Assembly (NCBI GenBank): GCA_937931785.1
Contig: CALHAX010000069.1
Coordinates: 53,837 to 117,836 of the forward strand
Direction: 5' to 3'
Length of the DNA stretch: 64,000 bases
Source: an uncultured Hyphomicrobiaceae bacterium
GTDB taxonomy: Bacteria; Pseudomonadota; Alphaproteobacteria; Rhizobiales; CALHAX01
The notes beneath the pieces are model-generated. The model was not told where the DNA came from. It searched no databases and saw only the letters and a program-made list of their open reading frames with translations. Below, in pieces: positions 62,534 to 64,000 of this stretch (position 1 is its first letter; every line of letters begins with the position of its first letter). Made by a program: the position numbers and the translations under genes.

Positions 62534-62659
62534 GAGCCGCGCAGTATGAGGGTTTCATGTGCTTCGGACAAGCCACGGTTTGCGCACTAATGACGCACGG
62601 TTCTGAAACGTGTCCGGTATGCCATAGCGACGTTAACGTCATTTGGAGAAAACACGCCC

Positions 62660-62929
62660 ATGGAACAAGCCATACGCACGAAAATCGAGTCCGGACTGGC
62701 GCCGGAACACCTTGAAGTGATCAATGAGTCACATCTGCATGCGGGCCATCAGGGATCGCCCGGAACGGGAAACAGCCACTTTCGGTTGAAGATTGTTGCT
62801 GAGGCGTTCGCTGGCAAGTCACGACTTGAGCGCCATCGGATGGTGAATGAGCTTCTCGCGGACGAATTGGCGGGAGAGCTCCATGCGCTTGCGATCCGTG
62901 CCGCAGCACCGGACGAGGGGAAACCATAG
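62660..62929 (+). CDS. bolA: BolA family protein
   Basis: NESHLHAGH, SHFR, F.GKSRLERHRMV and LHALAI motifs. Confidence 0.95.
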   Translation: MEQAIRTKIESGLAPEHLEVINESHLHAGHQGSPGTGNSHFRLKIVAEAFAGKSRLERHRMVNELLADELAGELHALAIRAAAPDEGKP

Positions 62930-63021
62930 CTGCCTGACATTTTCACGATGCTTGAGTTCCAAACTGCCGCGAGCGGCGCTAGGGTTTTGAAGCTCCTCCC
63001 TACCGCTTGAGACCCTCAGCC

Positions 63022-64000
63022 ATGAATGCACCCGAGAGAACCGCCTCCGTCGATCCCCTCCTGCAACCGTTCCAGCTGAAGGGGCTGACGCTGCGAAACA
63101 GAATCATGTCGACCAGCCATGCGTGCGGACTTGAAGAAAACGGTGGCATGCCGGGCGAGACGTACCAACGTTATCATGTCGAGAAGGCCAAAGGCGGCCT
63201 TGCGCTGACGATGTTCGGCGGATCGTCCTATGTCTCGCCGGATTCCACCTGGGCGAGCAGCCAACTCGACATATCCAACGATCGGATCATTCCGTATCTG
63301 CAATCGTTTTCCGAGCAGATTCATGCGGAGGGAGCCGCCATCATGATCCAGATCACGCATCTGGGCCGCCGCGGAGAAACAAATACGCAGAACTGGCTCC
63401 CGACGGTCGGACCCTCCGTGGTGCGCGAGACGGGGCACCGCTCGTTTCCGCGCGAAATGGATCGGCATGATATCGACCGGATCGTGAAACAGTTCGGCGA
63501 TGCGGCTGTGCGGGCTGTGGACGGCGGGTTGGATGGACTGGAGACGATGACAGCAGGGCATCTGATCGGGCAATTTTTTTCTCCGATCACGAACATGCGT
63601 ACTGACGGTTTTGGTGGATCAACCGAAAACAGATGCCGCTTCGGGTTGATGGTGCACGAGGAAATCCGCAGGCGTGTCGGAGATACTTTTGTAATCGGGA
63701 TGCGCTACCTGATCGACGAAACATTGAAAGGCGGGCTTGATTTCGAAGAGTGCGTAAAGATCGCGGAGATTTTCGAGGCAGCTGGAACAGTCGACTTCTT
63801 CAACGCCAACTATGGTCGGCTGGATACCGAACTGACTCTGGCTACAGATTGCATGCCCGGCCTGGCATCGCCGATTTCGCCATGGCTTGAGAAAGCGGGG
63901 GCCTTCAAACGCGCGGTCAACCTTCCCGTGTTCCATGCCGCGAAGATCGTCGACCTGGCGAGTGCGCGCTATGCCATCAGAGAAGGGCTGCTCGACATGG
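63022..64000 (+). CDS. NADH:flavin oxidoreductase (OYE family), N-methylproline demethylase-like; runs off window end
   Basis: Not in the ORF track. Manual translation gives MNAPERTASVDPLLQPFQLKGLTLRNRIMSTSH..YHVEKAKGGLALTM..QITHLGRR..QFFSP.TN.RTD.FGGS.ENR.RF. Confidence 0.88.
   Translation, partial: MNAPERTASVDPLLQPFQLKGLTLRNRIMSTSHACGLEENGGMPGETYQRYHVEKAKGGLALTMFGGSSYVSPDSTWASSQLDISNDRIIPYLQSFSEQIHAEGAAIMIQITHLGRRGETNTQNWLPTVGPSVVRETGHRSFPREMDRHDIDRIVKQFGDAAVRAVDGGLDGLETMTAGHLIGQFFSPITNMRTDGFGGSTENRCRFGLMVHEEIRRRVGDTFVIGMRYLIDETLKGGLDFEECVKIAEIFEAAGTVDFFNANYGRLDTELTLATDCMPGLASPISPWLEKAGAFKRAVNLPVFHAAKIVDLASARYAIREGLLDM

Noticed and set aside
57784..62929. cobS-cobT without cobN, flanked by J-protein, BolA and phytase-like genes, as a new MoxR/vWA system
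   Set aside because: This is the usual alphaproteobacterial arrangement, with cobN normally located elsewhere.

Overview
Chromosomal segment of a GC-rich alphaproteobacterium, most likely Hyphomicrobiales. This is inferred from gene content and order: etfB-adenosyltransferase-HIG1, gluQ-alkA-HNH-dsbB-yqaA, rpmB-DUF3108-helicase-S4 protein, and bolA/J-protein-cobS-cobT. It is mostly housekeeping and catabolic genes (purL, dinB, moeA, cobST, eutC/doeA ectoine catabolism, tRNA-Leu(CAA)), and I see no integrase, transposase or CRISPR array. Two stretches stand out. (1) About 1 kb between dsbB and a small hypothetical gene (13.8-14.8 kb) carries 29 copies of ACGC on the + strand and none on the - strand, plus a run of tandem hairpins, a downstream small ORF, a C-rich hairpin and a terminator. 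This is a candidate long GCGU-repeat RNA (protein sponge or leader). (2) At 22.8-28.7 kb, a basic hypothetical protein precedes a 1184-aa protein with two P-loop ATPase domains (AAA+-like and HerA/FtsK-like), convergent with an orphan ParA. Also notable are an uncharacterised B12-binding enzyme, a divergent class A PBP, a probable CTG start codon, and CtrA- and LexA-type boxes. All calls are by eye from motifs; no database searches were run.
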